64,000 bases of DNA from Octopus vulgaris (lineage: Eukaryota). Shown piece by piece: positions 1-14,522 of this stretch (its first letter is position 1; each line of letters starts with the position of its first letter). The DNA is taken from NCBI GenBank assembly GCA_951406725.2, contig OX597823.1, positions 88,846,001 to 88,910,000 of the forward strand, given 5' to 3'. Made by a program: the position numbers and the translations under genes. A model generated the notes under the pieces. That model was not told the DNA's origin, did not search any database, and saw only the letters and a program-made list of their open reading frames with translations.

Positions 1-622
1 GAAATGTTTTCAGAATAGATCAGAAACCGTCTAACCGGGGTATATCATATACTTAAAAGATCATATTCTGTACTCAAGATCTCTACACTTTATACTCATT
101 ATACCGATATTTATTGGGCACAAATATGAGATTGAAAATAAACAGCATGGGTCATACGATTATTTTGTTTTGCTAAACATGTATAAAAAATGTTCTTCTT
201 GTTGTGGTAACATATAGCGTATAGTGTGATCAGAATTGTAAACTACTAAAGGATGGGTGAGTCGGAGTATTTGGAAGCCTAAGGACTGATAAAATGCATA
301 TGTGATGAGAAGGAATCCAGGTCTGTTAATATAGCAAGAACAAGTCAAAACCACCTGCAAAGATTAAAACTGACGTTTAATAATCACCACGAGGACGCTG
401 GACCCTTGAGCATTATTCCGTCACCGGAATTACTCATGGGATATTTCGAGATCGACTAGATTGAGTATGTTTCTTTGGAATACTTGAAAATGGAGATGGA
501 TTGAATCTTCATGTTTTCATCAAACCGAATTCGCCTGAATTCCCTTTACCTGTTTCTTGTCTATCTTTTTCAATTGTATCTATTGTATGTAAGTATATAG
601 GTACACACACGCACACACACAC

Positions 623-625
<3 letters not shown>

Positions 626-701
<76 letters not shown>

Positions 702-830
702 AAGAGACTGCAGACATACAGGCTATAGACAAACAGACAAGATGCAGATAGATATAGATAGATAGATATAGAGAGAGACTGCAGACATACAGGCTATAGA
801 CAAACAGACAAGATGCAGATAGATAGATAG

Positions 831-893
<63 letters not shown>

Positions 894-898
894 GATAT
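626..898. repeat. (TA)n then (GATA)n microsatellites with an embedded 71-bp-period duplication
   Basis: Seen directly: gagactgcagacatacaggctatagacaaacagacaagatgcagata starts at 704 and again at 775. Confidence 0.95.
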
Positions 899-1443
899 AA
901 ACACAAACAGACAGACAGGTATAGCCTCAAGTGTTGTGTAAAGTTAATGCCATTCACTGAGCAATAACTCTATAGCTTCTCCTCAAACACTGGTCTTCAC
1001 ACGCCATGATCAACGGCAGAAGCTTCGGAACAAAACTGACCCAACTAAAATCTTCGCGAGGAGGACCTGTTTCATTTCGCCTGGATGGATCTAGAAAGAG
1101 CATAATTCGGAAAATTACTAAAGTCTACAATGGTAGAAAGAACCTATGATATTAACGGCTAAAGAGGGCAATGCCAGACGGACTGACAAGGATGGCACTG
1201 CCCAAGCTATGCCTGCGCTAACGATAGCCGTCATCCGTTCCAGCATATCATATTTCAGATTGCTGTGGAGGATGTCTTCTTGACTACAACATGTGGGCTA
1301 TTTCCTGGTAAATTAGTATCCACCCAAATCAAGACCATATAACCGATATTTTTTCACTGATCTTTTCTCATGAATGTACAAAGAAATACTTGAAAACAAG
1401 GAGCCGTTGCCTCGGATGATCTCAAATTAGTTTATCATTTACA

Positions 1444-1740
1444 TTTTACTGTTTCACTCATTCAACTACAGCCATGCTGGGCACCGCATTGAAGGATTTT
1501 ACTCAAGTACATATTCTATTGCTCTTTTTGTAGAACAGCTAAGTTACGAGGATATAAACCAACTAACACTGCTTGTCCAGAGGTTACTCAAAGACACACA
1601 TCCATATATAAAAACGACAGGATTACACACAGTTGATGTTGACCAAATTCAGGGTACTATTAGAAGACACTGGTCCAAATCGCCGCTCAGGGGAATCTAA
1701 AACCACCTGGTCGCAAAGCGATTTTTCAATCACACAGCTA
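1444..1740 (-). mobile_element. degenerate tRNA-derived CORE-like SINE
   Basis: Diverged match to the copy at 15362-15808 (gtttca.tcatt...gccatgctgg.caccgc; agaagacact). Confidence 0.6.
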
Positions 1741-2542
1741 AGCTGTTTTTATATAATTTCATGTGTTCTTTTATGCTTTTGTTGGTTTCAGTCGTAGGAC
1801 TGCCACCATGAAGGAGCACAGAATTAATTTCCTTTCACTTTTGTCATCGCTTTATGAAAAAAAAAAAAGTTGATCTATGATTGAGTTTGTAGGAGCTGAC
1901 CGTCCTTGGGTGTTTCCTTGAACGGTTTTTTAATGTTTCGGTAGAGGTCCCCTTTTTATTTCTGATTTCATTAGGTTAGGCTGTTGAACAACTGAGGGCC
2001 TCTAATTATATGAGTGGTACAATAAAGTATTTTTTTCTCGTAATTTCGAAGGAGGTATATCTGGAAGTTGACACTGTCCAGTTTGCGAATTAAAATTCTC
2101 CCTAATGACGAAGTGTGGAACATACTCCACCAGAATTATACGTATGGGATGGTTTATCACTTTTTTTGCGTTCTAGAGACACATAGCTTATAGACGTTCC
2201 CAGTAATTAAGGCTCGAAGTTATTTTACCAGTGAATGTTCTTTGTAACCCTTCAATTTCTTCTTTGGAAGCAGATGAGTTTCGAGACCAAAGCTGCGAGC
2301 AATTAATCTAATTTGCTCAGAACTAAGGTATACCCACTTGTTTTTGTTGCACCTTTGTAACTCAAATATTTTCGCATATCTGAATGTGTCCAAGCAATAA
2401 AATCCCTGAATATATTTATTGGGTAAGATCACTGACCCTTCACTCATACGTTTATATACACATAATTTGTATCATCTTTCTATGCATTATATTCTGTGTT
2501 TATTGGGTGTTCGTGGTAACAATAAAGAAGTACGATTACTCA

Positions 2543-2543
<1 letters not shown>

Positions 2544-2620
<77 letters not shown>

Positions 2621-2662
2621 CATCATCATCATCATCATTGTTATTAATATTATTATTATCAC

Positions 2663-2698
<36 letters not shown>

Positions 2699-2699
2699 A
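2544..2699. repeat. compound trinucleotide microsatellite (TTA)n(TCA)n(TAG)n
   Basis: Seen directly. Confidence 0.97.
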
Positions 2700-3146
2700 T
2701 GTTGTTGCTGTTAGTATTGCTGAAGGTAACATCGTGGTTGATTTATAGCTTTCAGCTAGTATGAGCCATCGATTATGACAAATATCTTCCTGGTGCGCAG
2801 CTAAAAGGTTATGTTTTCAATTATTAATTGCATCGTGTTTACGGATTAGGATATGCTTAGAATAGGGATAGCCCGGATGTTATATATGTGGCAACGCTGA
2901 CAGTTATTGGAAAGTCGAAGCACGAATAATATATATGGAGATATATGACACGTTCCTTCATAAAGGCGAGGGTGTAGGTTACGAAAATAGAGGTATGTTT
3001 TTCCATAAAGGCTAGGAGATACATATAAATACATACAAATAATTATGTGTATATGTGTGTGCGTGTTTGTGCACGTGTATAATTATATAAATGCCTGCGC
3101 ATATACAAATATTCACACTCACACACAGACATATATTTAAATGCAT

Positions 3147-3226
<80 letters not shown>
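3147..3226. repeat. (GATA)n microsatellite
   Basis: Seen directly. Confidence 0.97.
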
Positions 3227-3227
<1 letters not shown>

Positions 3228-4259
3228 ACTACATATATACTTGTGCTTGAAAAGCTATAGAAGCCGCTTTTAAAAGATGCCTCTCCATGAATTTTTGTAC
3301 ATGACCAAATATAATGAGTTATCTATCAAAATTCTCGGTTTCAAAACAACATATCAATTAGATTGTCTTGGGGACGGGGGTCTACATATTGATGCTACTG
3401 TTTCATTTCTCGTCTGATAGGCACCATAGACGTCAAACTGATGTATAAAATGATTGAAGCTGACGTATAGATATCCGTTTGGAATGTACAAGTCAGCTGT
3501 TGTATATATAAAACTAATAAAAAGCTATACGATCTCTTGAACCGAGTACAGGAAGTGATATAGAATACCATAACACAGTCCACGTGATCGGCATAAACTC
3601 TCTTATTCAAGGAAGAAGTGTGTTTGATGGAATGAGCATTTCTGAAAGTTTCTTGAATTTAGAGCCCAAAGTCAAAGCAACCCTTCAGCAGAAAATAATG
3701 ATTGCAGATATGGTAAGCCTACCTTCTCTAGAACTACATGGTTATATGATAAGCAAGGTATCTAACAGAGATGGTTTAGTTGCAAAACTTTGATGGTTGT
3801 AGCAGACTTGAGATCATGCACAATGGGATTTCTCATACCTGCAATAGAGAGAGACTCTGTGATGGAATCATTTAAAAAAAGATAAACATGTGCGGGAAAT
3901 ATACGCATAATTGCAGCATGTTGTTCTTCTCTTTGACGCTGGAATTTTCTTTTTCTGTATTTCTTTTATTGTATTATTCAGTCTCATTACTCATTTTCCA
4001 TGAATAGCTCCCTGACTGAAAATCGGTTGGAATTTATTTAAAAGATTTTAATTTATCTAAACTGTTTGCAACAATTGTTTTATCTTTATTCAGCATTTTC
4101 ATCCTTTTAGTTCCATTATGAAGCAGAAAACATGTCAATCTTCTTTTCAAGCTATCAATAAAAAGGCACCAGTTGCTTGCATCATAATCCATTTATCACA
4201 CCCCAACATTTTGTGCCGCTTTTCTTCCTCGTGGGGTGATGATATCTAATAAAATACTT

Positions 4260-4676
4260 ATTTCTAGTTTTGGCACAAACTCAGCAATTTCGTGGGGCTG
4301 GTCAATTTACATCGACCTCAGTACTTGACTGGTACTTATTTCATGAATCTTGATAGGATGAAAAGCAAAGAAAACTTCAGTCGGATTTAAACTCAGGGCG
4401 TAAAGAACTGAGAAAAATGACTATGTACTTTGTTCGTCAAGAATCTCGTACAATGATATTAGTTTCAAATGTTGGCACAAGGCCTGCAATTTCATGGGTG
4501 GGGTTAAGTCGATTACGTCGACTCTAATACTCAGTCGGTACTTATTTCATCTTGCGCGACAGGATGAAAGGCAAAGTCGACCCCGACGGCATTTGAACTT
4601 AGGGCATAAAGTCGGAAGAAATACTGCTAAACATTTTTGTCCGGTACGGTAACGATTCTACTTGCTGGCAACCTTA
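4260..4676 (-). mobile_element. two tandem diverged copies of the GGCGGCGAGCTGGC-headed SINE family
   Basis: Reverse-complement matches (ggtacttattt...ggatgaaaggcaaagtcgacc...tttgaact) at about 4270-4440 and 4460-4676 to the family copy at 29105. Confidence 0.75.
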
Positions 4677-5619
4677 TTCTATTACAATAGTATTGAAGAG
4701 AAAATATCCTTCTAAATTCAAGTATGTTCACCTCGCCCTTTTTCTGTATAACTCCTGTTAAGATAACACGCTGTCATACTTTGTCATAATTTGAATATGT
4801 AAATGCCAAGTCACTAACTGTTTTTTTGTCATCCATATATTTGGCTATTTCGCATTTTATAAGTTGTAACTTCACTCATGAAGGAACAGCATATGGCATT
4901 GGCTGTCGTTACAACAACTCCAAATGACAGAATTGTTTGCGCATTGTCACATTAATTACAGAAGGAAGGATGAAAAGAGATAAAATAAAGCGTGAAACTT
5001 GACAATGTGTATAATAGAAACAAGAAAAAAGTCTTAAATTTCCGCCTGATACTTCTTGCCTGCTTAAAGGTAGTAGATGTGAATTTCTCAGCGTATTTCC
5101 TGAATCTTATTGCTTCTATCTATGGTTTCGTTTCGCTATACAAAACGGAAAACTAAATGAATGCTCATACTTTATTCAACTCTGCATGCAATCTCGTTTC
5201 TTTGCATCTACCGAAATTATATATTTTCTTCTTTACTCCTCAATTTTCTGTTTAAAATTTGTTGCGTACGTAAAAGAAAAGTTGCAACATTTACTTCGTA
5301 CGACAATAAGGGATAGTTATTTAGTTGACGCAAATAAATAGACTATGAGGTGTGTTTGGTGTTGCAATTAGGAAGGGAAATGGTTTCAAATTGTAGTACA
5401 AAGCTAGCACTTTTTGTATGAGGAGAATAGTATAAAATATGGCTGCCAGTACTCAACTGGTACTTATTTATCGATCGCGAAAGGATATAAACGTAAGCGG
5501 GTTTTGAACTTAGAACGTAATGAATCGGTGCTATATAGAATATTATATATTATAACGTTGGAGTTTCCTCATATAAATGTATGACAAAAATTTACATTTG
5601 TTACCAGTGAAATTTAGCG

Positions 5620-7115
5620 TCGAACATCACGATCTTGATGATCAGGAAGTATCAACCGAGGCAGAGAAAGGCAAAGACGATCTAGATTATTTTGACACTA
5701 GCTCATCAGACCCACAACTATTTCAACTAAATGACTAGGTAAGGGAATTACACTTACCGAAAGAATATGCAGAAGTTACTGCAATTCGATTCAAAGGAAA
5801 AATACTTCATAAAGGAACCGAAGTTTTCTATTACACTAGAGATACTGAATTTCTTCTGTTCTTCACAGAACATTATGAGAGTGTATTGCACAAACTTTGA
5901 TGGACTGCTTCAGAGTATGGGATTAGTGGAATATGATGCAGCTGAGCGACGCCTTTTTATTTATTTATTTATTTATTTTTGATAGCTTCAAAAGAAGTTT
6001 GAAATGTGTTCTACTTCATAATGGAAATGTACTAGCCTCTGTTCCAATTAGTCACTCTGCAAGACTAGCAGAGAAATATGTAGTCGTGAAAGAAGTGCTA
6101 GAGAACATTAAGTACCACAATCATCCGTGGGTGATGTGCATGGAATTTAGGATAGTCAATTTTCTTCTAGGGTAACAAAGTGGATACACCAAATATCCAT
6201 GCTTTTTTGCTTGTGCGACAGCAGAGCCAGAGAAAAGCATTGGTAGAATAAAGAAGGGCCAAAGTGAACATTAATTGCAGGGTCTTTTAATGTGGTTGAC
6301 GAGCCTTTAGTTCACAAATGAAACATCGTCCTACCTCCACCCCCATATCAAACTTGGCATTATGTAGAAAAACTCTGGACCATGCTTTCACTATATCTGC
6401 AGCAAATCTTTCGTTATGAGCAGTAAAAAGATAAAAGCTCGAGTATTTGATGGGTTTCCAAGCAGAAAATTGACGTAAGATGGGAACGTTGTACATTCAA
6501 TGAATTGCATTGAAACAGCTGCATGGAATTCGTTTGTAATAGCTGTAAATGACTTCCTGGGCAACAAGAAAGCAACAAATTATGCCGAAGTGATCGAAAG
6601 GCGAGAGAACTTTCAAAAGTAGGGAGCAAATATGAATATAAAATTGCACAGTTTCCTTGATAAATTCCCTGAAAATCTTAGTGACACACGTGACGAGCAG
6701 GAAGAACGTTTCTATCAGCACATCAAAATCAATAGAACAAGGGTATCAAGGCAGACAGGACTTGCATGTGACTTTGGACTATTACTGAATCTAGGCTCGT
6801 GATCTTCCTCTGTTCAGCACCGAAGAAAAGCGCCGACCACAAATTCATGGCAAATGATGTGGTTTCTATGTAGACATTTTGAAGTGTTTACAAGTTCTTG
6901 AATAGAGTTTTAAGAAAACATTCTACTTTTCAAGAAAAACGAATTTCTAAGTATATAACGTGTTAAGCTTTTCTTGTAATAGCCCGGAACTTAAGATCCT
7001 TATATGATAATAATAATAAATGCATATCATTTTTGTATTCTGTATGTCAAAAACCCCTAGATCAGGTCTAGATGTTTTGAGAACAGAGAAACGAATTTTT
7101 TTGGTAGCATGTGTA
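5620..7115 (+). mobile_element. fossil Chapaev-like (CMC superfamily, Chapaev3-type) DNA transposon with disrupted DDE transposase
   Basis: Translation across frames gives RLFI..DSFKRSLKCVLLHNGNVLASVPISHS, FLLG*QSGYTKYPCF, EPLVHK*NIVLPPPHIKLGIM, AWNSF...FLGNKK, KFPENL..DEQEERFYQHIK, YQGR. I recognise this motif order from Chapaev3-type transposases. Many stops and frameshifts; ends approximate. Confidence 0.75.
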
Positions 7116-7702
7116 ATATATAAAAAATATACTTTAAAATGAATATTGAAAATCAAATGAAGGAGACAAATTAATTTAAGAGCAGAAGAAATCTAATAGG
7201 ATATATATATTGCAATTTCTTGGACTCACAGAGGGAAGTAAAATAACTCTAATTGTACATTCCACATAAGTAAACATGTTAAGTCTTGCTGTAAAGGAAC
7301 AAAAAGAAAGCGAGATGGGAGATTTAGAAAGAAACTGAGGTTGACAGCACTACATAGATATAGATCTTTAGGAGGATGTACTGTCGACAGTATACTTCTT
7401 GGTGACTAGAGAGACAGAGGACAATGATTGGAAGATACGAAGTAGTAATCTCAAGGGGCTTTTAAAATAATTATCTAAAAAAAATAACAGAGCAGAAACA
7501 ATTCTGTATGGAGGAAAGTCTTGAGAAAATGCGCTTGATCAAACCATGGGATATAAGTAGTGGGAATTCATTTAGATTAACAGGTTTTTCGTGTATCGTT
7601 CTTCCATCATAAATATTCTGCTGGGAAATATGAGCAGGATACATACATACATATATGCATATGTATGTATGTGCGCGCACGTACACGCACTCACACATAC
7701 AC

Positions 7703-7739
<37 letters not shown>

Positions 7740-7998
7740 TATACGTCAGAATAAAGTGCTAGTCGAGTAGAGAGAATAATTTGGATTAACAGAATGACAA
7801 GGCAACAGGAGTTACCTAATCAACTTTTCTTTTACTTACTTTCTGCTATAGGAAGCGTTGCACTCAGCGCTGACTGCTTGAGTACCATCTTATAATTTCC
7901 TCAGAGCCTCTGAATTGAAATTTATGTTTATTTCAGAAAGCATTTAAATGTTGATTAAGTTGATTACATAATTCAACACACTTGCCCTTCAATTAATC

Positions 7999-8530
<532 letters not shown>

Positions 8531-8719
8531 TGTGTTATTAAGCGTGTGCATGCATACATACATACATACATACATACATACATACATGCATACATAATAC
8601 ATACATACATACATGCATGCATACATACATACATACACACACACATATACATTCTCCGTCAGTAGTATGTTCATTCTCCGACAGACGGAGAATGAACATA
8701 CTACCATCAGAGGAGATTC

Positions 8720-8880
8720 CGACTGCCATTTCTTCCTAAGTCTGGTGTAATATTCCTGGGTCATTCTATCTTTATTCACAGTGCTTTCATATGATCCATT
8801 TTCGTCTATGCCTAGGTACTTGTAACATTCTATGTTTGGAATGGGGCATATAGAGAGACACTCTGGCACTACTTTGAAGT
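8720..8880 (-). pseudogene. R4/Dong-like LINE RT thumb fragment
   Basis: YKYLGIDEN...KDRMTQEYYTRLRKKWQSE in ORF 8342..8869; the rest of that ORF is microsatellite. Confidence 0.6.
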
Positions 8881-8934
8881 GTTCTAGAGGATGAAATCGA
8901 CATCAATACTAACATTTGAAGTGTAGTACTTTCC

Positions 8935-9205
8935 TATCTTAATCTTTTGTCGAATTGCTAAATTGCATGAATGTCAAACGCCCAACTCCAGTTCTCAAGC
9001 AGTGGAGTTAACTAACACCGACAAAATATATACACATAAATGCACATATACACAACGGACTTCTGCACAGTTTCCGTCTACCAAATTTATTTAGAAGCAT
9101 TGATCAGCCCAAGGCCATAGTAGAAGAAAGTTTTCCAAGGTGCCGCGCAGTGGAACTGAACCGGAAACCTCGAAGTTGCAAAGTGAGTTTTTTAATCACA
9201 CAATC
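8935..9205 (-). mobile_element. degenerate CORE-like tRNA SINE
   Basis: cagtttccgtctaccaaatt...caaggtgccgcgcagtggaactgaacc matches the 15646-15808 head. Confidence 0.75.
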
Positions 9206-9714
9206 ATATACATATCATGTATCATTCTCCATAAAGTATTTATTTCTATTGGACATGTTGAAAAGTTTGAACTAGAGATTCGTTCACCCTTGCCAGACAA
9301 TATTGACAGTTTTAATTCACATATTTTGGTAAAATTTCCAAGACGCATAGAAAATAGATAAATAGATCATAATTTCAAGAAATACTGTATAAACATATTC
9401 ATGTGATATTACAAGCTGTGCAACATTACAATGAACGCAGGACATTTAGAATCATTAATATAGCAGTTTATTAGAATGGATTACTTTTTGAGACATGTAA
9501 TGTCAGAGTTGACTCGTTGCATTTAAGATTTATACCCAACCGGCTCCTATATCTTCATAAATTGTTACATTTACATCAACTGATCTGAAGAGGTTAGACT
9601 TCCAAATTTATATTGCCGTTCCATAATTTTTCTCATTTTTCAGTAATTCTCATTTGATAGGTTGAAAAATGAATATGTGTGTATGAATTTGTGTATCTCT
9701 CTCTGTCTGTCTGT

Positions 9715-9715
<1 letters not shown>

Positions 9716-9797
<82 letters not shown>
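9716..9797. repeat. (CT)n microsatellite
   Basis: Seen directly. Confidence 0.97.
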
Positions 9798-9800
<3 letters not shown>

Positions 9801-10309
9801 GTCTGTGTTTTTCTAGCGCTGTATGTGTATATATGTGTGTCTGTCTTTGTGCATATGAGTGTGCATGTATGTATCTGTGTGTGCGTGTGTGTGTAAAGGC
9901 AAGTCAGTAGGATAACAAACAACCCGGGTAGAATTATGCATGTTTCATTATATCACCGCCATTTGTCTTCTGTCGGTGACTTTCGTTGTCAACAGCCAAG
10001 TGAATTTGGCGTTAAAGGTTAAAACGGAATAGTATAGTTAGTACCATCGTACTAAATGCATAGAAAACCGAAACAACTAATTAAAATTTAATTGGTGAAG
10101 AGCCGAAAATTTTAGCTCTAAAATAACTCTTATTGTCTTGAACTGATATTTGCACTCACACAACATGTGTTTTTCCTGATTGTAATATTTTTTTCTGTTT
10201 CTGCATGGTGATGACGTTAGCCCACTTGTTAGGTTTCGTACAGGTGCCGCCACTGTATAATTTGTGAGTCACACAACAGTATATACTTCACTATAAGCAA
10301 CATGATTAA

Positions 10310-10540
10310 GGCGGCGAGCTGGCAGAAACGTTAGCGCGCTGGGCGAAATGCGTAGCCGTATTTCGTCTGCCGTTACGTTCTGAGTTCAAATTCCGCCGAG
10401 GTCGATTTTGCCTTTCATCATTTCAGGGTTGATGAATTAAGTACCAGTTACGCACTAGGGCCAATATGATCGACTTAATCCGTCTGTCTGTCCTTGTTTG
10501 TCCCCTCTATGTTTAGCCCCTTGTGGGTAGTAAAGAAATA
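10310..10540 (+). mobile_element. full-length tRNA-derived SINE (GGCGGCGAGCTGGC family, Meta-like central domain)
   Basis: A-box-like gagctggcagaa, B-box gagttcaaattcc, central gtcga.tttgcctttcatc; flanked by an approximately 15-bp TSD tataagcaac(a/t)tgat. The domain name is from memory. Confidence 0.9.
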
Positions 10541-10723
10541 TATAAGCAACTTGATATCTGTAAAGTAGTCTATCCTTTCTTTAACTTGCAGACTGTCTTC
10601 TGATGTTTGTTGTATTCTCTGTTGATCATGAGAAATCACTGCAGGAAATAAACTGTATTATTTTTCTAAAATATATTATTCAAAAGCAACGCATTTGAAT
10701 GAGACTTTATAGTACTGAAGTAA

Positions 10724-11330
10724 TATCAGGTCATCCCATAAGTTCTGTCCGATTTTACCTTTTTAAAAATTGAATGAAATTTAATAGTAGTTTAGAATGT
10801 CTAATGGAATTAATGATTATTTTTATGCATTTGTGTACATTTACATTTAAATAGTATTTTACAGAACAATTGAATTAAAATTTCTTTGATTAAAACCCTT
10901 TCTAACATGGAAGTATCCAAAGAGTATTTGAGGCACATAAAACCTTATGAGTACAAAAAAGGGAACTGCAGCCGCAGCGACTCAAAGCATACACTCAGTT
11001 TATAGGAAAGAATGCTTGAATGAAAGAACTTGCAAATGGTTTGCAAAATTCAGAAGGGGAGATTTCAGCCTTGAAGATGAAGATCGAACAGCACGTCCAG
11101 TTGAGTTTGATGATAAGCTCCTTGAGGCATTACTTGAAGAAAATCCTGCATTATTATTTTAAGAATTGGCAATAAAGTTTAGTTCAAACAATACAACTGT
11201 TCATCGTCTTCTTCAATTACTTGGAAAATGGATGCCTCGTGAATTGTCCGAAAGCAACCACAAATCCCGAGTTGACATCTGCTCTCCTCTTCATTCTTGT
11301 GACTGCTGACGAAAAATGGATCTTCTATCG
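10724..11330 (+). mobile_element. truncated mariner transposon (left end plus N-terminal transposase relic)
   Basis: ATG at 10907; KWFAKFRRGDFSLEDEDR HTH region, GKWMPREL (WVPHEL motif), VTADEKW (first catalytic D); frameshifted and deleted. Confidence 0.88.
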
Positions 11331-12299
11331 AAAGTGAGAGGAGGAGATTCAGTCAAATACAGGGAGAGGGGAAGAGGGAAAATATATGCGGAAAGAGAGA
11401 GATGGGGGTGCAAGTATATGTCAACTTCCATAGAAAAAAAATCAAAAACGAAAGTAGTTTTGTTTACTGTTTTAGTTTATGAATATTGTTTCATTACATT
11501 TTCAAATATTTTCTGTAATTTTTTTTTTGCTTATTAATGTAGGTCTCTGTCTTCTGGAGAATAATAATTACCAAACAGCACTCAATAATCTGGTGAAGAA
11601 TTGCGGCTGCCTTATGTTGTTTAGAACTTATTGATCAGTTGGTAATCAAATCGGTTCCATGTGATATTGCGCCAGACAAAAAGAAAATGAGGATCAATCA
11701 TCTATTTCAAAAGCCATCTAGTGAAACGGTCATTATGTTCCACAAAGACAAAGGGTGAGTTATGAAAGAGTAGTTTGTATAGAGTTATATACAGATATAG
11801 TTTACGCACACACACACACCCATACATATATATATATATAACTATATGTATGTGTATATATATATATATATATATATAAATATATGTATGTATGTATATT
11901 TTCGTGCGTGTCTGTGTAATATACATACATATATATGTATATACATATACATGTGTATATGTATACAGACACATACATGCATACACACACATATACACAT
12001 ATACAAACACACACGAGCTTACGCACTTATGTGTGTAATATTATGTATTTGGTGTTGGGTTACGAACCTGAAAAGAAGTATTCAATACAAACGAAGTGTG
12101 TAGTGATTTATTTAAGCCGGTTATTGACCCATTACTCTGATGCTTCCACGGCTAGTAACCAATCCTTATAAGCATATACATACACAAATTTACATCACAC
12201 ACACACACACGCACACACACGCACGCACACACACGCACGCACACACACGCACGCACACATATATATATATATATATATGTGTGTGTGTAGAAACGTTTA

Positions 12300-12589
12300 G
12301 TTAATTGCGTATAAGATCTCATTTCAAGCTAAAGGTATACAATATACTTGCCACTATTATCATCGTGGATATTCCGTTGTATATATATATTGTTTTTTTT
12401 TCGACTGTATTTTCTTCATTTGTATTGCTTTTACGTCCTGTTCTTCGAAACAGGCATTGAGTCGAACCAGGGGCAGCTGATGAAGGGGAATTTTCCTTGT
12501 ATTGTTTGTCCTGTACTCTGTTTTTTCGTTGTTAAAAAAGGTCCGTTTCTCGTTGTGTTCTACGTTTATTTGTACGCATATATCCTGTA

Positions 12590-12625
<36 letters not shown>

Positions 12626-12705
12626 TGTATATATACATGTAGATGTAAGTATGTACATATATGTATGTATATATGCATATATTTTATTTATTTATTATAT
12701 TGTTA
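12300..12705 (+). mobile_element. unclassified interspersed repeat between TA tracts; homologous to 61815-62070
   Basis: Shared tttcgttgtt.aaaaaag.t.cgtttc...tcctgtac.catatat...gtatgtacatatatg in both copies. Confidence 0.6.
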
Positions 12706-12706
12706 G

Positions 12707-12766
<60 letters not shown>

Positions 12767-12819
12767 ACCAGTACTATGTCCAAAATAAACAAAAACCATC
12801 TTATTCAAACATGTCAACG

Positions 12820-13132
<313 letters not shown>

Positions 13133-13356
13133 TCAATATAGGGTGGAAAAAAAAAATTTTGCAGAATTCTTTTGCCACCAGCGGCCTAGTAGGAAAAAAT
13201 TAAAATAGTCATAGACCATTTTTAAGTTCAACATCAACAATAAAGGAACGGCCATAATAGGCCATTCACCCACTAGAAATAACAGCCAAAGCTTCAACCG
13301 CAAATAAAAGTTAATTCAGTAAACCAGGAGAAAATTTAAAGAACATTTACCCTGTA

Positions 13357-13463
13357 ATTTCTTATACGATATACCGTTTCATCTGCTGATTAATGGTAAA
13401 CTAACCTGATTAAATTAAATCAAGCCAATCTTCCACAGGCCCTCAGATTCTTCAGTAAGAAAT
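13357..13463 (-). ncRNA. type I hammerhead ribozyme, array copy 1
   Basis: Minus strand: AUUUCUUA-CUGAAGA-AUCUG[58 nt]CAGAU-GAAA-CGGUAUAUCG-UA-UAAGAAAU. 8-bp stem I, intact core, near-palindromic stem III, GUA triplet; predicted cut between 13365 and 13364. Confidence 0.9.
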
Positions 13464-13845
13464 AGCCCAAGACGGAACAGATATTTTCACGAGGCATTTC
13501 CGACGTTGCCAAGTTTATATCTGACCTAAAATTTTCAAATCGTCGCACTCGCGCCAAATTTATCGGCAGCAAATAAATATAAGCCATCGATTCCATTACG
13601 GAATTAACCAGAAAATTCATAATTAATCAATATAGGGTGGCAAAAAAATTTTGCAGAATTCTTTTGCCACCAGCCTAGTAGGAAAAAATTAAAATAGTCA
13701 TAGACCATTTTTAAGTTCAACATCAACAATAAAGGAACGGCCATAATAGGCCATTCACCCACTAGAAATAACAGCCAAAGCTTCAACCGCAAATAAAAGT
13801 TAATTCAGTAAACCAGGAGAAAATTTAAAAAACATTTACCCTGTA

Positions 13846-13952
13846 ATTTCTTATACGATATACCGTTTCATCTGCTGATTAATGGTAAACTAACCTGATT
13901 AAATTAAATCAAGCCAATCTTCCACAGGCCCTCAGATTCTTCAGTAAGAAAT
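13846..13952 (-). ncRNA. type I hammerhead ribozyme, array copy 2
   Basis: Identical to copy 1 at +489. The third unit (14339-14423) keeps only the GAAA/stem III half. Confidence 0.9.
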
Positions 13953-14463
13953 AGCCCAAGACGGAACAGATATTTTCACGAGGCATTTCCGACGTTGCCA
14001 AGTTTATATCTGACCTAAAATTTTCAAATCGTCGCACTCGCGCCAAATTTATCGGCAGCAAATAAATATAAGCCATCGATTCCATTACGGAATTAACCAG
14101 AAAATTCATAATTAATCAATATAGGGTGGCAAAAAAAATTTTGCAGAATTCTTTTGCCACCAGCGGCCTAGTAGGAAAAAATTAAAATAGTCATAGACCA
14201 TTTTTAAGTTCAACATCAACAATAAAGGAACGGCCATAATAGGCCATTCACCCACTAGAAATAACAGCCAAAGCTTCAACCGCAAATAAAAGTTAATTCA
14301 GTAAACCAGGAGAAAATTTAAAAAACATTTACCCTGTAATTTCTTATACGATATACCGTTTCATCTGCTGATTAATGGTAAACTAACCTGATTAAATTAA
14401 ATCAAGCCAATCTTCCACAGGCCTATTATGGAGAATGGCCTATTATGGCCGTTCCTTTATTGT

Positions 14464-14522
<59 letters not shown>

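Noticed and set aside
3395-3800. Short ORFs with complex sequence
   Set aside because: No recognisable domain or splice structure.
12441-12495. GAAAC..GTC..CTGATGA as a type II hammerhead
   Set aside because: Stems I and III do not pair, and no GAAA follows the downstream hairpin.
13420-14109. Two identical 66-aa ORFs in the array
   Set aside because: Identity simply reflects the duplication; no recognisable motif, and the 3' end overlaps the ribozyme core.
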